Origin: a virus
Lineage: Duplodnaviria > Caudoviricetes
Reading direction: 5' to 3' (one strand)
Length of the DNA stretch: 44,159 nt
Virus record (IMG/VR): IMGVR_UViG_3300037851_000130
Span: 1-44,159 of that record
In this document: piece by piece, positions 17,266 to 27,226 of the stretch
Position numbering within the stretch: the first letter of the stretch is position 1
Layout: every line of letters begins with the position of its first letter
Notes under the pieces: model-generated
Seen by the model: only the letters and a program-made list of their open reading frames with translations
Database searches by the model: none
Told to the model about the DNA's origin: nothing
Made by a program: the position numbers and the translations under genes

Positions 17266-18786
17266 TCAATAAATATAACTTCCTACACAACCACTTGCTC
17301 CTCTCGAATCACCAAGATATGGTTGCTGACTGCCTGCTCCTGCTGTACCGAGTAAACCAAGTGAATACTCTGGTGCTACATTATGACCTAATACAAAACT
17401 GCTTCCCATTGCTCTTCTCCAAATATAGTAATCATATCTTGCTATACTGAACGAACCAGTATGATTTACTACATGAAGCAAATAATTTTGATTCTGTGCT
17501 GCTTCTGCATTTAGGTTCTGCATATTTTCTGCTATCTTTATACCCCAATCTGCTAATCTAAATGTTTTATCTCCTACTTCTAACACATCGTACTTGCCTG
17601 GATACTGATATGTCATTCTGTTGATTACTACCCATCTGTCTTCTGCATTAACACTGTCTATTACACGGATTTTCTGACCAACATAAATACTTCCAGTGCT
17701 TACATTTCTTACATCCAGTGTACTGCTTACAAATGGTGTTGCATATTTGATAATATAATTACTTGCTCTGCTTTCTGCATCGTTTACATCTCTAATATCT
17801 GTTTCGAATATTGTTTTTCTGTGTTCTTGATATGCTGATTTACTTGCTTCATCAAATGCTCTTACAGGTACTGGCATATTTCTTGTATATCTTATTTCTA
17901 TCCCTGCTGCCGAGCTTCCTGGTACTGAAGCACTATCGAATCGTATTCTTTTCTTTTCATAGTCCACATAATAATCATAAGTACCACTTGTATTATCTCC
18001 TTCTATTGTTCCTTCTTGTAATGTACTATCTACATAAACTTTAACTGACTCTGGCTTTGATGGAAGAGTAAATATACTACCCGCACCACCTACTCCACTT
18101 GTAATATATGTAGATTCTATTAACTGTGATGCTCCAATTACTGTTACATCATTGCATAGCATACTTGAATCATATTCCCACTTTGGTGCATTGACTATAT
18201 TTGTATCTGTTCGTAATACTGTGTCATTATTTTCATATCCCTTCGGTTCAAAATAAACCGTATCATCATCTGCATCATAATAAAATTGCCAGTCTAAAAC
18301 TTCGGCTAATTTCTTGCATCTTTCAAATATATTTGTATGGTCGCATATGTACTTCTTAAGTATTAGTGTTGTTCCTGAATCCTGAACAGTACAAGTCATC
18401 CCACCCCATGTTTCTACCAAGTCTTCAAATATTTCTGATATCACACCTGCACTTGCATCTATATCTGCATCGTAAGAATAAGTAACTTCCTTTCGTTTTA
18501 GTGTATATAGCATATCTTCTGCTTTTACTTCTGCTTTATTACCAGACCAGGTAACACTTGTAACATATCCTTTGAATATTTTAGTATCAGTAGATGTTGT
18601 ATATCCTTCCCAGATTTCTATAATCTGTCCATTGGTTATATCTAACACATCATAAACATTAGACGTAAAAGTAATGTTAATCGTGCTAATAATGTCTCCG
18701 AATGTCTTGCTGTATTTCCAATCTACAAGATAATCGGTTATATCAGTCGTATTTATCTTTACCATTGTCTGTTTCCAGCTTGTCAT
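17266..18786 (-). CDS. baseplate hub / tail tip protein
   Basis: KIFKGYV, KKLAEVLDWQFYYD, NDVTVIG, VGQKIRV; position after Dit. Confidence 0.75.
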   Translation of the reverse strand: MTSWKQTMVKINTTDITDYLVDWKYSKTFGDIISTINITFTSNVYDVLDITNGQIIEIWEGYTTSTDTKIFKGYVTSVTWSGNKAEVKAEDMLYTLKRKEVTYSYDADIDASAGVISEIFEDLVETWGGMTCTVQDSGTTLILKKYICDHTNIFERCKKLAEVLDWQFYYDADDDTVYFEPKGYENNDTVLRTDTNIVNAPKWEYDSSMLCNDVTVIGASQLIESTYITSGVGGAGSIFTLPSKPESVKVYVDSTLQEGTIEGDNTSGTYDYYVDYEKKRIRFDSASVPGSSAAGIEIRYTRNMPVPVRAFDEASKSAYQEHRKTIFETDIRDVNDAESRASNYIIKYATPFVSSTLDVRNVSTGSIYVGQKIRVIDSVNAEDRWVVINRMTYQYPGKYDVLEVGDKTFRLADWGIKIAENMQNLNAEAAQNQNYLLHVVNHTGSFSIARYDYYIWRRAMGSSFVLGHNVAPEYSLGLLGTAGAGSQQPYLGDSRGASGCVGSYIY

Positions 18787-18928
18787 TTTTATTCCTCTCT
18801 AAATTATCTCTTATTTCCTTTAAAACTATCCACTGGTTATATAATATAGTCATACTTTTATCCAAAATATCCTTTTGTTTGTCTAAAACTCGTTCTATAT
18901 CTCCAATTCTTCGCTTAATATCTTCCAT
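18743..18928 (-). CDS. small coiled-coil protein
   Basis: ORF track. Confidence 0.55.
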   Translation of the reverse strand: MEDIKRRIGDIERVLDKQKDILDKSMTILYNQWIVLKEIRDNLERNKNDKLETDNGKDKYD

Positions 18929-18933
18929 TTATC

Positions 18934-19335
18934 TCACGAACTTGTACTCGATTGTATGAATTTCATATTAAATTCTATTGCATTTGGGTTTCCTCTTACA
19001 TAATCGTATGATACATCTGATGTTTTTACTATAATACTGCCTGATATTTGTGGTGAAAATAGGCTTGAATATGTCTGTTGTCCTGTTATTAAGCTGAATA
19101 TTGAGCCTACAAATGCCTGTATCGAGCCAGTATTTCCTGGAAATGTACCATTTACACTGAATTTTCTTGTGCATCCCATGAAATCAAACACATCTGTTTC
19201 GTTTGAATCGCTAAGTGGGAAAGGCATTTCCATCAATCCTGCTGCTTTACTATCACTCATATCAGCAAACATCAGTGTTATATGTGTTCCTGAGTAAGTT
19301 CCGTATGCTGGTTTTATTGTAATACTACCTGTCAT
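18934..19335 (-). CDS. distal tail (Dit)-like protein
   Basis: Position right after tape measure; beta-rich, about 133 aa. Confidence 0.6.
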   Translation of the reverse strand: MTGSITIKPAYGTYSGTHITLMFADMSDSKAAGLMEMPFPLSDSNETDVFDFMGCTRKFSVNGTFPGNTGSIQAFVGSIFSLITGQQTYSSLFSPQISGSIIVKTSDVSYDYVRGNPNAIEFNMKFIQSSTSS

Positions 19336-19340
19336 GTTTA

Positions 19341-20678
19341 TCATCTCATATAGCTATTTCTGTTTAATTCAGAGAATAGTCTTCTACTTATTTCATTAGT
19401 TAGAGCATCTATATCTTCACGTTTTGTTACTGTTGCTCCATTTATATTTATTGTGATGTTATTTCCACCGCCTAGTGCTCCTGGATTCTTTGTTGCTATA
19501 ATATAATCATCTGGTGCTGTATGCACTACTCCACTTGGTGTTATTATTGCATCCCCTACTGTTTTTCCACCACCCATAAAACTACTAACTATATTTGATA
19601 CTGTGCTTCCAATATAATCAATGATACCTTTAATAGTAAATGCAAAATCTCTTAAACCATCACATACCCACTTAGTAAATTTAGCAAATGCTTCTAACAG
19701 TGGATTTATATTTGATAAATTTGTAGTAGTTTCTTCTAATTCTGGATTAAGAAAACGGTTTAAGTCATTATATGTAATTCCAAATGCATCTGCTGCATCA
19801 TCTATTTTTGGCTTAACTGCCCAAAGTGCAGATGCCATTCCATATAAATTTTCTGCTGATTTTTTGGCTGCATCTAATACACTTTGTCTATTTTCTCCAG
19901 AAAGACCACTCGCAACTGCTGTCATATTTTCTGTCATCATTTCAAATGCAAGTGCCCATGTATCCATGTTTCCTCTTTCTTTTAAATAATTATTAAATCC
20001 TATTAGTGCATTCATTACATTATTTACACCCTGTACTAATCCATCTGTTAATCCAAGCATAGATTGTGTTGCACCCATAAATCCTATCATTGGACCTATT
20101 GCATTATTCATCGCATTATTATAAGCAGAAAGATTAAGAAACGATGCTGCATATAGTTGTTGTAGGTCTGCTTGTTTTTCTTCTTCTGTTCCACCGCCTT
20201 GCATTATTTCTTTGGCTCGTTTCATTGTGTTTTTCATTTGAGCCATCATTAACATCATGTATGGTTTGGCTTGCATTGAAATAAAAACTCCGATTGGTGC
20301 AAGAATATTGTTTCCTATTCGTTTAATTGTATCCTCCACTCCTCTAAATATCGGACTGGCTTCTGCAAGATGTTTTCTTGTTGCTATCATATTATTATTT
20401 ATAGATTTTAGTATCTCGACAACTATTGCTGCTCCACCAAGTGCCATTCCTGCTGCTCCTGGTGCTGCAACTCCACCCATAAGTCCTCCATGACCAGATA
20501 TACCAGCCATACCGATAGTTCCTTTTGGTATAAGACTTTGGAGAAATCCTTTCTGTCCTTTTTTACCACCAGCTTCTACTGATTTTCCTATCTTATCAGA
20601 TAGCTTATTCAATTCACTATCTAACTTATCCATTTTTAATATCAGTTCTGCTTCAATTGTACCTGCACTTATAGCCAT
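19341..20678 (-). CDS. tail tape measure protein (short, 445 aa)
   Basis: AGTIEAELIL N-terminus, Ala/Gly-rich helical body, NITINING C-terminus; follows chaperones. Confidence 0.8.
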   Translation of the reverse strand: MAISAGTIEAELILKMDKLDSELNKLSDKIGKSVEAGGKKGQKGFLQSLIPKGTIGMAGISGHGGLMGGVAAPGAAGMALGGAAIVVEILKSINNNMIATRKHLAEASPIFRGVEDTIKRIGNNILAPIGVFISMQAKPYMMLMMAQMKNTMKRAKEIMQGGGTEEEKQADLQQLYAASFLNLSAYNNAMNNAIGPMIGFMGATQSMLGLTDGLVQGVNNVMNALIGFNNYLKERGNMDTWALAFEMMTENMTAVASGLSGENRQSVLDAAKKSAENLYGMASALWAVKPKIDDAADAFGITYNDLNRFLNPELEETTTNLSNINPLLEAFAKFTKWVCDGLRDFAFTIKGIIDYIGSTVSNIVSSFMGGGKTVGDAIITPSGVVHTAPDDYIIATKNPGALGGGNNITININGATVTKREDIDALTNEISRRLFSELNRNSYMR

Positions 20679-20886
20679 TTAATCCACCTGCAAAGCCTTA
20701 GCTTTTAATTCGTTTTCCTTCTGAAACATAATCATATACACTTCAACATCCTTCTTGGGTATCGATTTAATCTGAAATGGTAAAATTCCTCTCTTTAGGA
20801 ACTCAAATTCCACGAATTTCCCTAATAGTTCCTCATCAGAGCAGGAACCCCCATGCTCCATAAGCCACTTCAGTTTTCTTTTTTTT
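20679..20886 (-). CDS. tail assembly chaperone extension (GT-like, -1 frameshift product)
   Basis: -1 frame opens at A AAA AAA (20879-20886) and runs into the 60-aa ORF 20679..20861. Confidence 0.7.
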
Positions 20887-21178
20887 CTTCATTAAACGAA
20901 TTGAACTCATTTATCTCATCGAATAATGCTTTACCCAGTGTTGCTGGTATGTTTCTTATAGTTTCTAAATTTATTTCGAATGGTGCTTTCTCCAGACCTT
21001 TCAGTGTGCATAACCTTTGGAACTTGCCCATGCTCATATGAGCCTTTGATACCTTTCCAATCATTTCATTTGGTATGCATTCGTCTTGTATGTCTGTAAA
21101 GTCTCCGAAACTTATCTTCTTTATTACAAATACTTCTGGTTTACCCTTGTATTCCAGTGTTAATTCTTTTGTATCCAC
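20870..21178 (-). CDS. tail assembly chaperone (G-like)
   Basis: Between tail tube and tape measure; ends EEKKEN over an A8 run. Confidence 0.75.
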   Translation of the reverse strand: MDTKELTLEYKGKPEVFVIKKISFGDFTDIQDECIPNEMIGKVSKAHMSMGKFQRLCTLKGLEKAPFEINLETIRNIPATLGKALFDEINEFNSFNEEKKEN

Positions 21179-21196
21179 TTAGATAACCTCCATTTT

Positions 21197-22177
21197 TTAT
21201 GCTAATGCTGGACTTCCAGCACTTCCTCCGATTTCGAATGTTGCACTTCCACAATATAGTGCTGTCATACTTACATCTTCCTTGATTACATCATTTGGAT
21301 TCTGTGGTAATGAGTGTTCATCAAAGTAAATGCTTCCCATGTTAAAGATTATTCTTTTTAATGCACTTCCTGTCTGATTATTCGTGAAAGTTAGTGTTGC
21401 GTAAGCTGAACATGCTGGACTTGCTCCAGATAATGGTCCTGCTCCATTTCCCCATACTTTTTCAAGGAATTTTGTTGCATCTTGAAATGCCATGTTTGCT
21501 TTCATTGAATATTCTCTTGACTTTCCTACTGCACTTCTTGCTCTTCTATCTCCTATCCCCCAAACCTGTTCTACATTTGGATTTAAGCCTAACTCTATGC
21601 TTTGTATATCTGCATAAGTTGTTCCAGCTATTCCAAGAGTTCCACCTGCGAATGTAAATGGTTCGCTTGGCCATTGTTCAGCTACTGGTGCTGTTGCTAC
21701 TGCTGTTGTTTCTGTCTCATCACAATAAGGACATTCTAATTTTACCTTTGCAATTTCTCCTACTGATGCTGTTATTGTTGCATTACTTATTACACATCCT
21801 TTAAGCATTCTAACTGAATCTGTATCCATATTCATTCCATTTTCTATTGTAAATGATACTTGTGGATTAGCTTCTTTAAATTCATGCATAAATACTGCAC
21901 CAGAAGTTGTTACTGCTGGACTGCCTAACATACCTCTTAAAAACCATCCATTACTTAAATCAAATTCTACACTTGCTGTTCCTTCAAATTTTCCAGCTAC
22001 AACATCCTGAGCATTTCTATTTCCTATTCCATATATTCTTGAATTATTATTTTTTGCTGATGTTGTTATACTTAATCCCTGTCCGAAAGGAATTATTGTT
22101 GGTGAACCTGCTGTTCCATAAGTTGATTCATACTTATATTGAGCATATGCTGCGTAACCCCCAATTTTTGTTGCCAT
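21197..22177 (-). CDS. major tail tube protein
   Basis: YESTYGT, SFTIENG, GCVISN, internal two-fold GIG-R repeat; position. Confidence 0.8.
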   Translation of the reverse strand: MATKIGGYAAYAQYKYESTYGTAGSPTIIPFGQGLSITTSAKNNNSRIYGIGNRNAQDVVAGKFEGTASVEFDLSNGWFLRGMLGSPAVTTSGAVFMHEFKEANPQVSFTIENGMNMDTDSVRMLKGCVISNATITASVGEIAKVKLECPYCDETETTAVATAPVAEQWPSEPFTFAGGTLGIAGTTYADIQSIELGLNPNVEQVWGIGDRRARSAVGKSREYSMKANMAFQDATKFLEKVWGNGAGPLSGASPACSAYATLTFTNNQTGSALKRIIFNMGSIYFDEHSLPQNPNDVIKEDVSMTALYCGSATFEIGGSAGSPALA

Positions 22178-22179
22178 TT

Positions 22180-22620
22180 TTAATCATCTCCTTTTTTTAC
22201 TCTGTGTCTTTTTGTATGACAACTTTTACACAGTGTTATTAAATTGTCATATTGCAAATTAGATTTATTTTCATCAATATGATGAACATCTATACTTCCA
22301 CCATGTTTCTTGCAATCAAAACATGTCCAGTTATCTCTTTTTTGAATATTTTTTCTTATTCTTTTCAATTCTGGATTATCGTAAAATGTCATAGACCTAC
22401 CATCTTTATAATTTGGTGGTCGTATACCAAGACATATTTTATTTCCTATCATATCTGGTCTTGGTTTTCCTATTTTAGCTTTAGTATATTTCATAACTCT
22501 CGGGTCTTCTTTAGTAAGTCCTTTATTCCATGGTATATGTCCTTCTTTCCACATATTTTCTGGACAATAGTTTTTATGACCTTCTTGGAATACCATATTA
22601 TCCCTCCTATATTTCATCAT
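22180..22620 (-). CDS. HNH homing endonuclease (NUMOD3-like + HNH)
   Basis: GHIPWNKG, RDNWTCFDC, VHHID, NLITLCKSCH. Confidence 0.9.
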   Translation of the reverse strand: MMKYRRDNMVFQEGHKNYCPENMWKEGHIPWNKGLTKEDPRVMKYTKAKIGKPRPDMIGNKICLGIRPPNYKDGRSMTFYDNPELKRIRKNIQKRDNWTCFDCKKHGGSIDVHHIDENKSNLQYDNLITLCKSCHTKRHRVKKGDD

Positions 22621-24262
22621 AAACGCCTTTTATCACAAAATCTTGCGACTTAAATGATAATTTTTCGTTTCCATTGACTCCTTTTATTGTTGGTGTTAAA
22701 TTTGACGGATAAATAAACTGCCAATTCTTAAAGTTCTTAGCTGTTTTCATAAATACACTACCCGCCTTGTGTATTAATTCGTCTACTGTGCTGTTTTTAT
22801 CTGCATAAGCATTAATTTGAGCCAGATATTCATTCTTAAAAGATGTTCCACCTATTCCATAAGGCTCTCTACTAACACTTATAACATCAAACGCTATTCT
22901 TGGATAACTATTCATACCCAAATCTGCTCTTGGCATATCTGGATATATCCATTCTGTTCCAGACCAATAATAAACTAAAACTGTGCTACCTGTTCCAACT
23001 GTATTCAGTGTTGTAATTGTTGGGTAGCTTCCTGGATTAGCATTATAATAATTTGTACTATATTCTGCTCCACTTAATGGTGTTGTCTTGACCTGAACTC
23101 CACTTACAGCACTAATATATGCTTTCGTTAGTGTAAATATTGTTGAATCACTTCCTGCTGTAAATAACTGACTTCCTAATGTCATTCTTGTTCTTGGGTC
23201 TGAGCTATGTAAGTTATTTCTAAGTGTAACTAATAGCTCTTCTTTTATATCTCTTAAATCTTTTACACTTCCACCAGTTGGAGATGATACTGTTAATGAA
23301 CTTGCAGAATCTTCTTGGTCCATACCATAAGCATTAACTGCTGTAAACTTTGCAGTTTGTGAAGAACACAGTCCAATATCTCCACCATATATTGATTTTG
23401 TATATGTTGCATTATCGGTTGTACCCATTTTCCAAACCTTTCCATTTATCTCTACATATACTTCATCTGTTGCTGTCATATTAGAAACCGAACAGCTTGC
23501 TGTTGTGCTTTCTCCTGTTGTTATTGCATAATCACTTAACTGTTGAGATGATATTACTGGTCCTAGTGTTCCGTTATAATTAATATGTGCTGTAGTTCCT
23601 AATGTTGTTACTGTTCCTGTTCGCTGATAAAATTTAACTTCTCCAGTTGCTTCTGGAAAATAGAATCTATTCGAATTATCTATATATACACCAAAATAAG
23701 GAGAATCTAAATCATAACCGTTCATATCCCATGTAACATCATAATTAATTACTGCTGAGGAATTCCAGTTAGCTACTGCGAACCAATAAATATCATTTAA
23801 ATCTGAATTTTGCATAACTGTCATATTGGCGTTGCATACTGTTGATGTATAATTATTTGTCGTATCAATATATACTTGAATGTTTGTTAAATCAATATTA
23901 CTTGAAATATAAGCTGTTTTATCTACTCCTGTTGTATTTACAAATATGAAATTTACTGTTCCTGCTCCTGTTGGTGTTATTGCACCACCTGTTCCAAAAG
24001 TTAAAGTAAGATTTCCGTGTAAAGCAATATATTTTCCATATCCATCTCCTGCATCAGCTATAGTTCCTGTATAGCCATCTACGACAAAACTATTAAATTC
24101 TGGTAAATATGAACCAACTGTGTTTATAGTACAATCTACATTAGAAACATCACTATCAAACAGAATATCGTCTCCTGCTACTGGTACACCTACCGGAAGC
24201 CAATTATCCGCAAGATTCCAGGTATCTGGATTTCTTGTTCCGTTCCACGTTTTCGTTGAAAT
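22607..24262 (-). CDS. tail terminator-like domain fused to N-terminal beta-rich accessory domains; probable ATT start
   Basis: Frame open 146 codons upstream of called ATG 23824; begins STKTWNG...WNLADNWLPVGVP..GDD after GGTGAGAGGGG; C-terminal WIYPDMPR...YPRIA. Confidence 0.65.
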   Translation of the reverse strand: MSTKTWNGTRNPDTWNLADNWLPVGVPVAGDDILFDSDVSNVDCTINTVGSYLPEFNSFVVDGYTGTIADAGDGYGKYIALHGNLTLTFGTGGAITPTGAGTVNFIFVNTTGVDKTAYISSNIDLTNIQVYIDTTNNYTSTVCNANMTVMQNSDLNDIYWFAVANWNSSAVINYDVTWDMNGYDLDSPYFGVYIDNSNRFYFPEATGEVKFYQRTGTVTTLGTTAHINYNGTLGPVISSQQLSDYAITTGESTTASCSVSNMTATDEVYVEINGKVWKMGTTDNATYTKSIYGGDIGLCSSQTAKFTAVNAYGMDQEDSASSLTVSSPTGGSVKDLRDIKEELLVTLRNNLHSSDPRTRMTLGSQLFTAGSDSTIFTLTKAYISAVSGVQVKTTPLSGAEYSTNYYNANPGSYPTITTLNTVGTGSTVLVYYWSGTEWIYPDMPRADLGMNSYPRIAFDVISVSREPYGIGGTSFKNEYLAQINAYADKNSTVDELIHKAGSVFMKTAKNFKNWQFIYPSNLTPTIKGVNGNEKLSFKSQDFVIKGVYDEI

Positions 24263-24274
24263 TTTAATCCCCTC

Positions 24275-24352
24275 TCACCCACATTTATTTTTATTATGTG
24301 GAATTCTACCAATAACAAACCTTCCAAAAATATCTCTTTCTTTCGTTGCCAT
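24275..24352 (-). pseudogene. 25-aa remnant of an HNH endonuclease N-terminal motif
   Basis: MATKERDIFGRFVIGRIPHNKNKCG resembles the RD..GRF..G..P.NK leaders of HNH genes. Confidence 0.5.
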
Positions 24353-24355
24353 TAT

Positions 24356-24928
24356 TTACACCTCATATCCCATTCCGTTGACTCTAATATAATCTGCTCT
24401 AAGTATTTGTCCACCGTTTATTGAGACTGAATTTGCTTCGGCAACAATGTAAATATATCCACCGAGTAATCCGTTATCTATTTGTCTTTGTGATATATGT
24501 GCTACTATTTCTCTGTTGCTTGTAGTTAGTGTTCCTATCCATTCGTAATTTTGATTTGTTTCGTTCCAGATTCTTAATGCTCCATATGAATTATTATTTG
24601 TTTGAAAATATCCTTTGAATTTTATTCCTTGTGTTGCTACCACTGCCGTATAATCAAACTTAAATAAAATAAATGCTGCATGTACCTTATTCACAATTGA
24701 TGATGGGTTCTGAGACGATAGATATATTCCATCTTCTTCAGCTAATTGTGTTTGACCAGACTGCAGGCTCCATACTACGTCAGTTGGTGCTGGTATTGGT
24801 ACTGGACCATTTGGATTTTGATTTGTTACATATGTATATACCAAACTGCTTACATCGTTTATTGCTATATTCATATTTATATTGCCAAAGTAGGCTGGTG
24901 TTCCAAACTTCGGTGTTCCGTAATTCAT
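24356..24928 (-). CDS. putative virion accessory protein (jelly-roll-like)
   Basis: ORF track; beta-rich; LRIWNETNQNYE...ADYIRV. Confidence 0.6.
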   Translation of the reverse strand: MNYGTPKFGTPAYFGNINMNIAINDVSSLVYTYVTNQNPNGPVPIPAPTDVVWSLQSGQTQLAEEDGIYLSSQNPSSIVNKVHAAFILFKFDYTAVVATQGIKFKGYFQTNNNSYGALRIWNETNQNYEWIGTLTTSNREIVAHISQRQIDNGLLGGYIYIVAEANSVSINGGQILRADYIRVNGMGYEV

Positions 24929-26841
24929 ATACTTACCACCTTACTATAATTATAATTAGACGTATCTCCACCACTTGTTATCGTTACATCTGTTGTATAA
25001 GCTGAGCTTGGATTTGTTACTATTGTTATTCCACCTTTTGTTGCGTGAGATACTTGAATAATACATCCTTCATCTGTTCCGTCGTTATTCCAGGTTGTTG
25101 ATTCTGTGCTTCTAATACTCGTACTACTTCCGCCACAGTAGTCTAATAACGATGTTCCAAGACCTACCGCATTACCATATAAAGCATATGGCATCCATAG
25201 TCTTTTTATTCCTAACTCGTCTACTGGATAACCGCTTGAGTTTGTCTTACAAAATGCTCCCATTCTCGGCTGGACATCTGCCATTAATTCCCAAAATGTA
25301 TTATGCGTATGCGGTGCATTAATTGGCGTTCTTCCTATTCCTTTATATCCGTTTTTTATACTATCGTATGGAAATTGTGTATTAACTGACACCAATGCGT
25401 CGGATACAGCAACGCCCTTTCCGTCTTTAACGCAAGGATAAACCAAATAACCGAGAAGTATTACACCGCTCACTGTCTGACAATAAACATTTGCCTGAGT
25501 CATAGCCACACTGTCTACTCTGCATCCTGCTATTCCTATAATTACATTATTAAAATCTTGGAGAGATGTTCCAGACTGAGCAGAATGTCTTATTACTCCA
25601 CTTGCATAAGGTGTTGCTGCGTTGAAATCGCAGTCTACAAATAGTAAATGTTTGCATTGGTTGTTTGAACCATAAACGTGGTATCTTCCTGTTGCTCCTT
25701 CGAGTGCCATTGTTATTCCGTAGAACTCCCAGACTCCTCTATGACCATATGTATTATTATAAGAATAGTAGTATATGATATATGCTGCTGCTCCGTTATA
25801 TTTCTGGGTCCAAGTTCCTCCTCTGCATAATACTCTTTCATTTGAAGATGAAACTCCGAATAATAATCCGTTCGTAGAATATACTACCATGTCTAAATAA
25901 TCGAGATTAACTTTCATACCAACACCGCCGTATATTGCTACTATAACTCTTGCTGAAGATGACCCCGCGTTCATTGTTGCGTGTGATGCACTTGTTCCAT
26001 TAGCTGTAAGACCGCCTCCTCCATATAAATTAAAATTAACTCCGTATCCTTGTCCTGCTGAACTTGGAGCTGTAAATGTAAGCGTTTCACCTGCTGCTAC
26101 TACGAGATTTCCTGCTCCAGATGGATGTAATGAATAATTTTGAGATACTGTTCCTGTTGTTCCTGAATATGAGTAAGGTGTTGTTGAGCCCCATCCTGAA
26201 ACGAATAGCCAGAACCACATATCATAAGTTGAATAATTTGTCCAAGAAGAACCTGATGTGGTTGTTATACTCATGCTTCCACTGGCATAAGTTGAGCTTG
26301 TAGAATATCCAACTGACAATGCTGACGTTGCTACCCATCCTGCACCAGTTGGTTTGCATACTATCCAATATGTTGTTGAAGCTGAAAGAGTTACCTGAGC
26401 TGCGAATTTAAATGCGTGAAGACCAGCCTGTGCATATCCGCTTCCATATGCTGCTGCTTTATGTATATCACTTGCGTTTTCAGTACAGGTTGCGTTTGCA
26501 TTGACAAGAGTTCCACTTGGTTTACCTGCATTATCGGTTTCAATTCTTACTACTACTGTTCCACTTATTGCTGCCGTATCGTCTCCAGTTCTACATAGTC
26601 TAAGCACTACACCATCTACTGATGTATCACTTACACCTACATTAATACTTTGTGCTATCCAAGTTGTTTGTGCTGGCAACGTATATATATTTGATGTGGC
26701 TTTTGCTCCTTGTCCTGCTATACAATTATATCCTGTATTTGCTGTAGTTAGACTTACATCTCCGTTTAAAATATAAACTGCTTTAGCATAAGTAGTATTT
26801 GTTCCATCGCTATCGTTTTGAATTGCTATTGGTGTTGCCAT
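24925..26841 (-). CDS. large Thr/Ser/Gly-rich virion fibre/adhesin-like protein
   Basis: AQSI..., RIETDNAGKPSGT, LSASTTYWIV carbohydrate-binding-like domain then beta-helix-like region. Confidence 0.7.
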   Translation of the reverse strand: MATPIAIQNDSDGTNTTYAKAVYILNGDVSLTTANTGYNCIAGQGAKATSNIYTLPAQTTWIAQSINVGVSDTSVDGVVLRLCRTGDDTAAISGTVVVRIETDNAGKPSGTLVNANATCTENASDIHKAAAYGSGYAQAGLHAFKFAAQVTLSASTTYWIVCKPTGAGWVATSALSVGYSTSSTYASGSMSITTTSGSSWTNYSTYDMWFWLFVSGWGSTTPYSYSGTTGTVSQNYSLHPSGAGNLVVAAGETLTFTAPSSAGQGYGVNFNLYGGGGLTANGTSASHATMNAGSSSARVIVAIYGGVGMKVNLDYLDMVVYSTNGLLFGVSSSNERVLCRGGTWTQKYNGAAAYIIYYYSYNNTYGHRGVWEFYGITMALEGATGRYHVYGSNNQCKHLLFVDCDFNAATPYASGVIRHSAQSGTSLQDFNNVIIGIAGCRVDSVAMTQANVYCQTVSGVILLGYLVYPCVKDGKGVAVSDALVSVNTQFPYDSIKNGYKGIGRTPINAPHTHNTFWELMADVQPRMGAFCKTNSSGYPVDELGIKRLWMPYALYGNAVGLGTSLLDYCGGSSTSIRSTESTTWNNDGTDEGCIIQVSHATKGGITIVTNPSSAYTTDVTITSGGDTSNYNYSKVVSI

Positions 26842-27032
26842 TATAACAGCTCTCCGAACCTTATTTTAATCCAGTCTTTCATTTTCTGGTCTGTTGTTGT
26901 ATTGAATTTGTCTTTAAGTGCTTTTAATATAGCTGTTTTATCTTCAAGTAAATTTATATCACAATTAATATATTTAAGTTTAGAAGAATTAGACTCGAGG
27001 TAATACCACAATTCGATTAAATCGTATTCCAT
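26841..27032 (-). CDS. small hypothetical protein
   Basis: ORF track; TAATG overlaps. Confidence 0.6.
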   Translation of the reverse strand: MEYDLIELWYYLESNSSKLKYINCDINLLEDKTAILKALKDKFNTTTDQKMKDWIKIRFGELL

Positions 27033-27217
27033 TAGTAGTTCGCCCTTGTTGTTCTTTTTCTAAAACTATCAATTAGTGCGTGACATTTCAAACACAACGT
27101 TACACCATTATTTATATCAAATCTTAAATCTGGATATTTAGCAAATGATTTTATGTGGTCAGTTACTGGTATATTTTTACTTCCATGTCCTTTTTGAAAA
27201 CCTTTTTTACCTTTCAT
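27032..27217 (-). pseudogene. internally deleted mini-HNH endonuclease (61 aa)
   Basis: KGFQKGH directly joined to DHIKSF...[11 protein letters not shown]; first CxxC missing. Confidence 0.7.
27105..27199. repeat. 95-bp exact direct repeat, copy 2
   Basis: Identical to 6832..6926. Confidence 0.95.
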
Positions 27218-27226
27218 GTTAATCAC

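Noticed and set aside
9953-19174. Minus-strand alternate-frame ORFs 9953..10135 and 18968..19174
   Set aside because: Fully nested in other frames of confident genes, with no supporting signals
19341-22177. Contractile (myovirus) tail
   Set aside because: No sheath or baseplate wedge (gpJ-like) gene recognised; layout fits a non-contractile tail
6832-27199. DGR template/variable repeat pair or att sites
   Set aside because: Copies are identical with no adenine-specific mismatches, and there is no reverse transcriptase or integrase in the window
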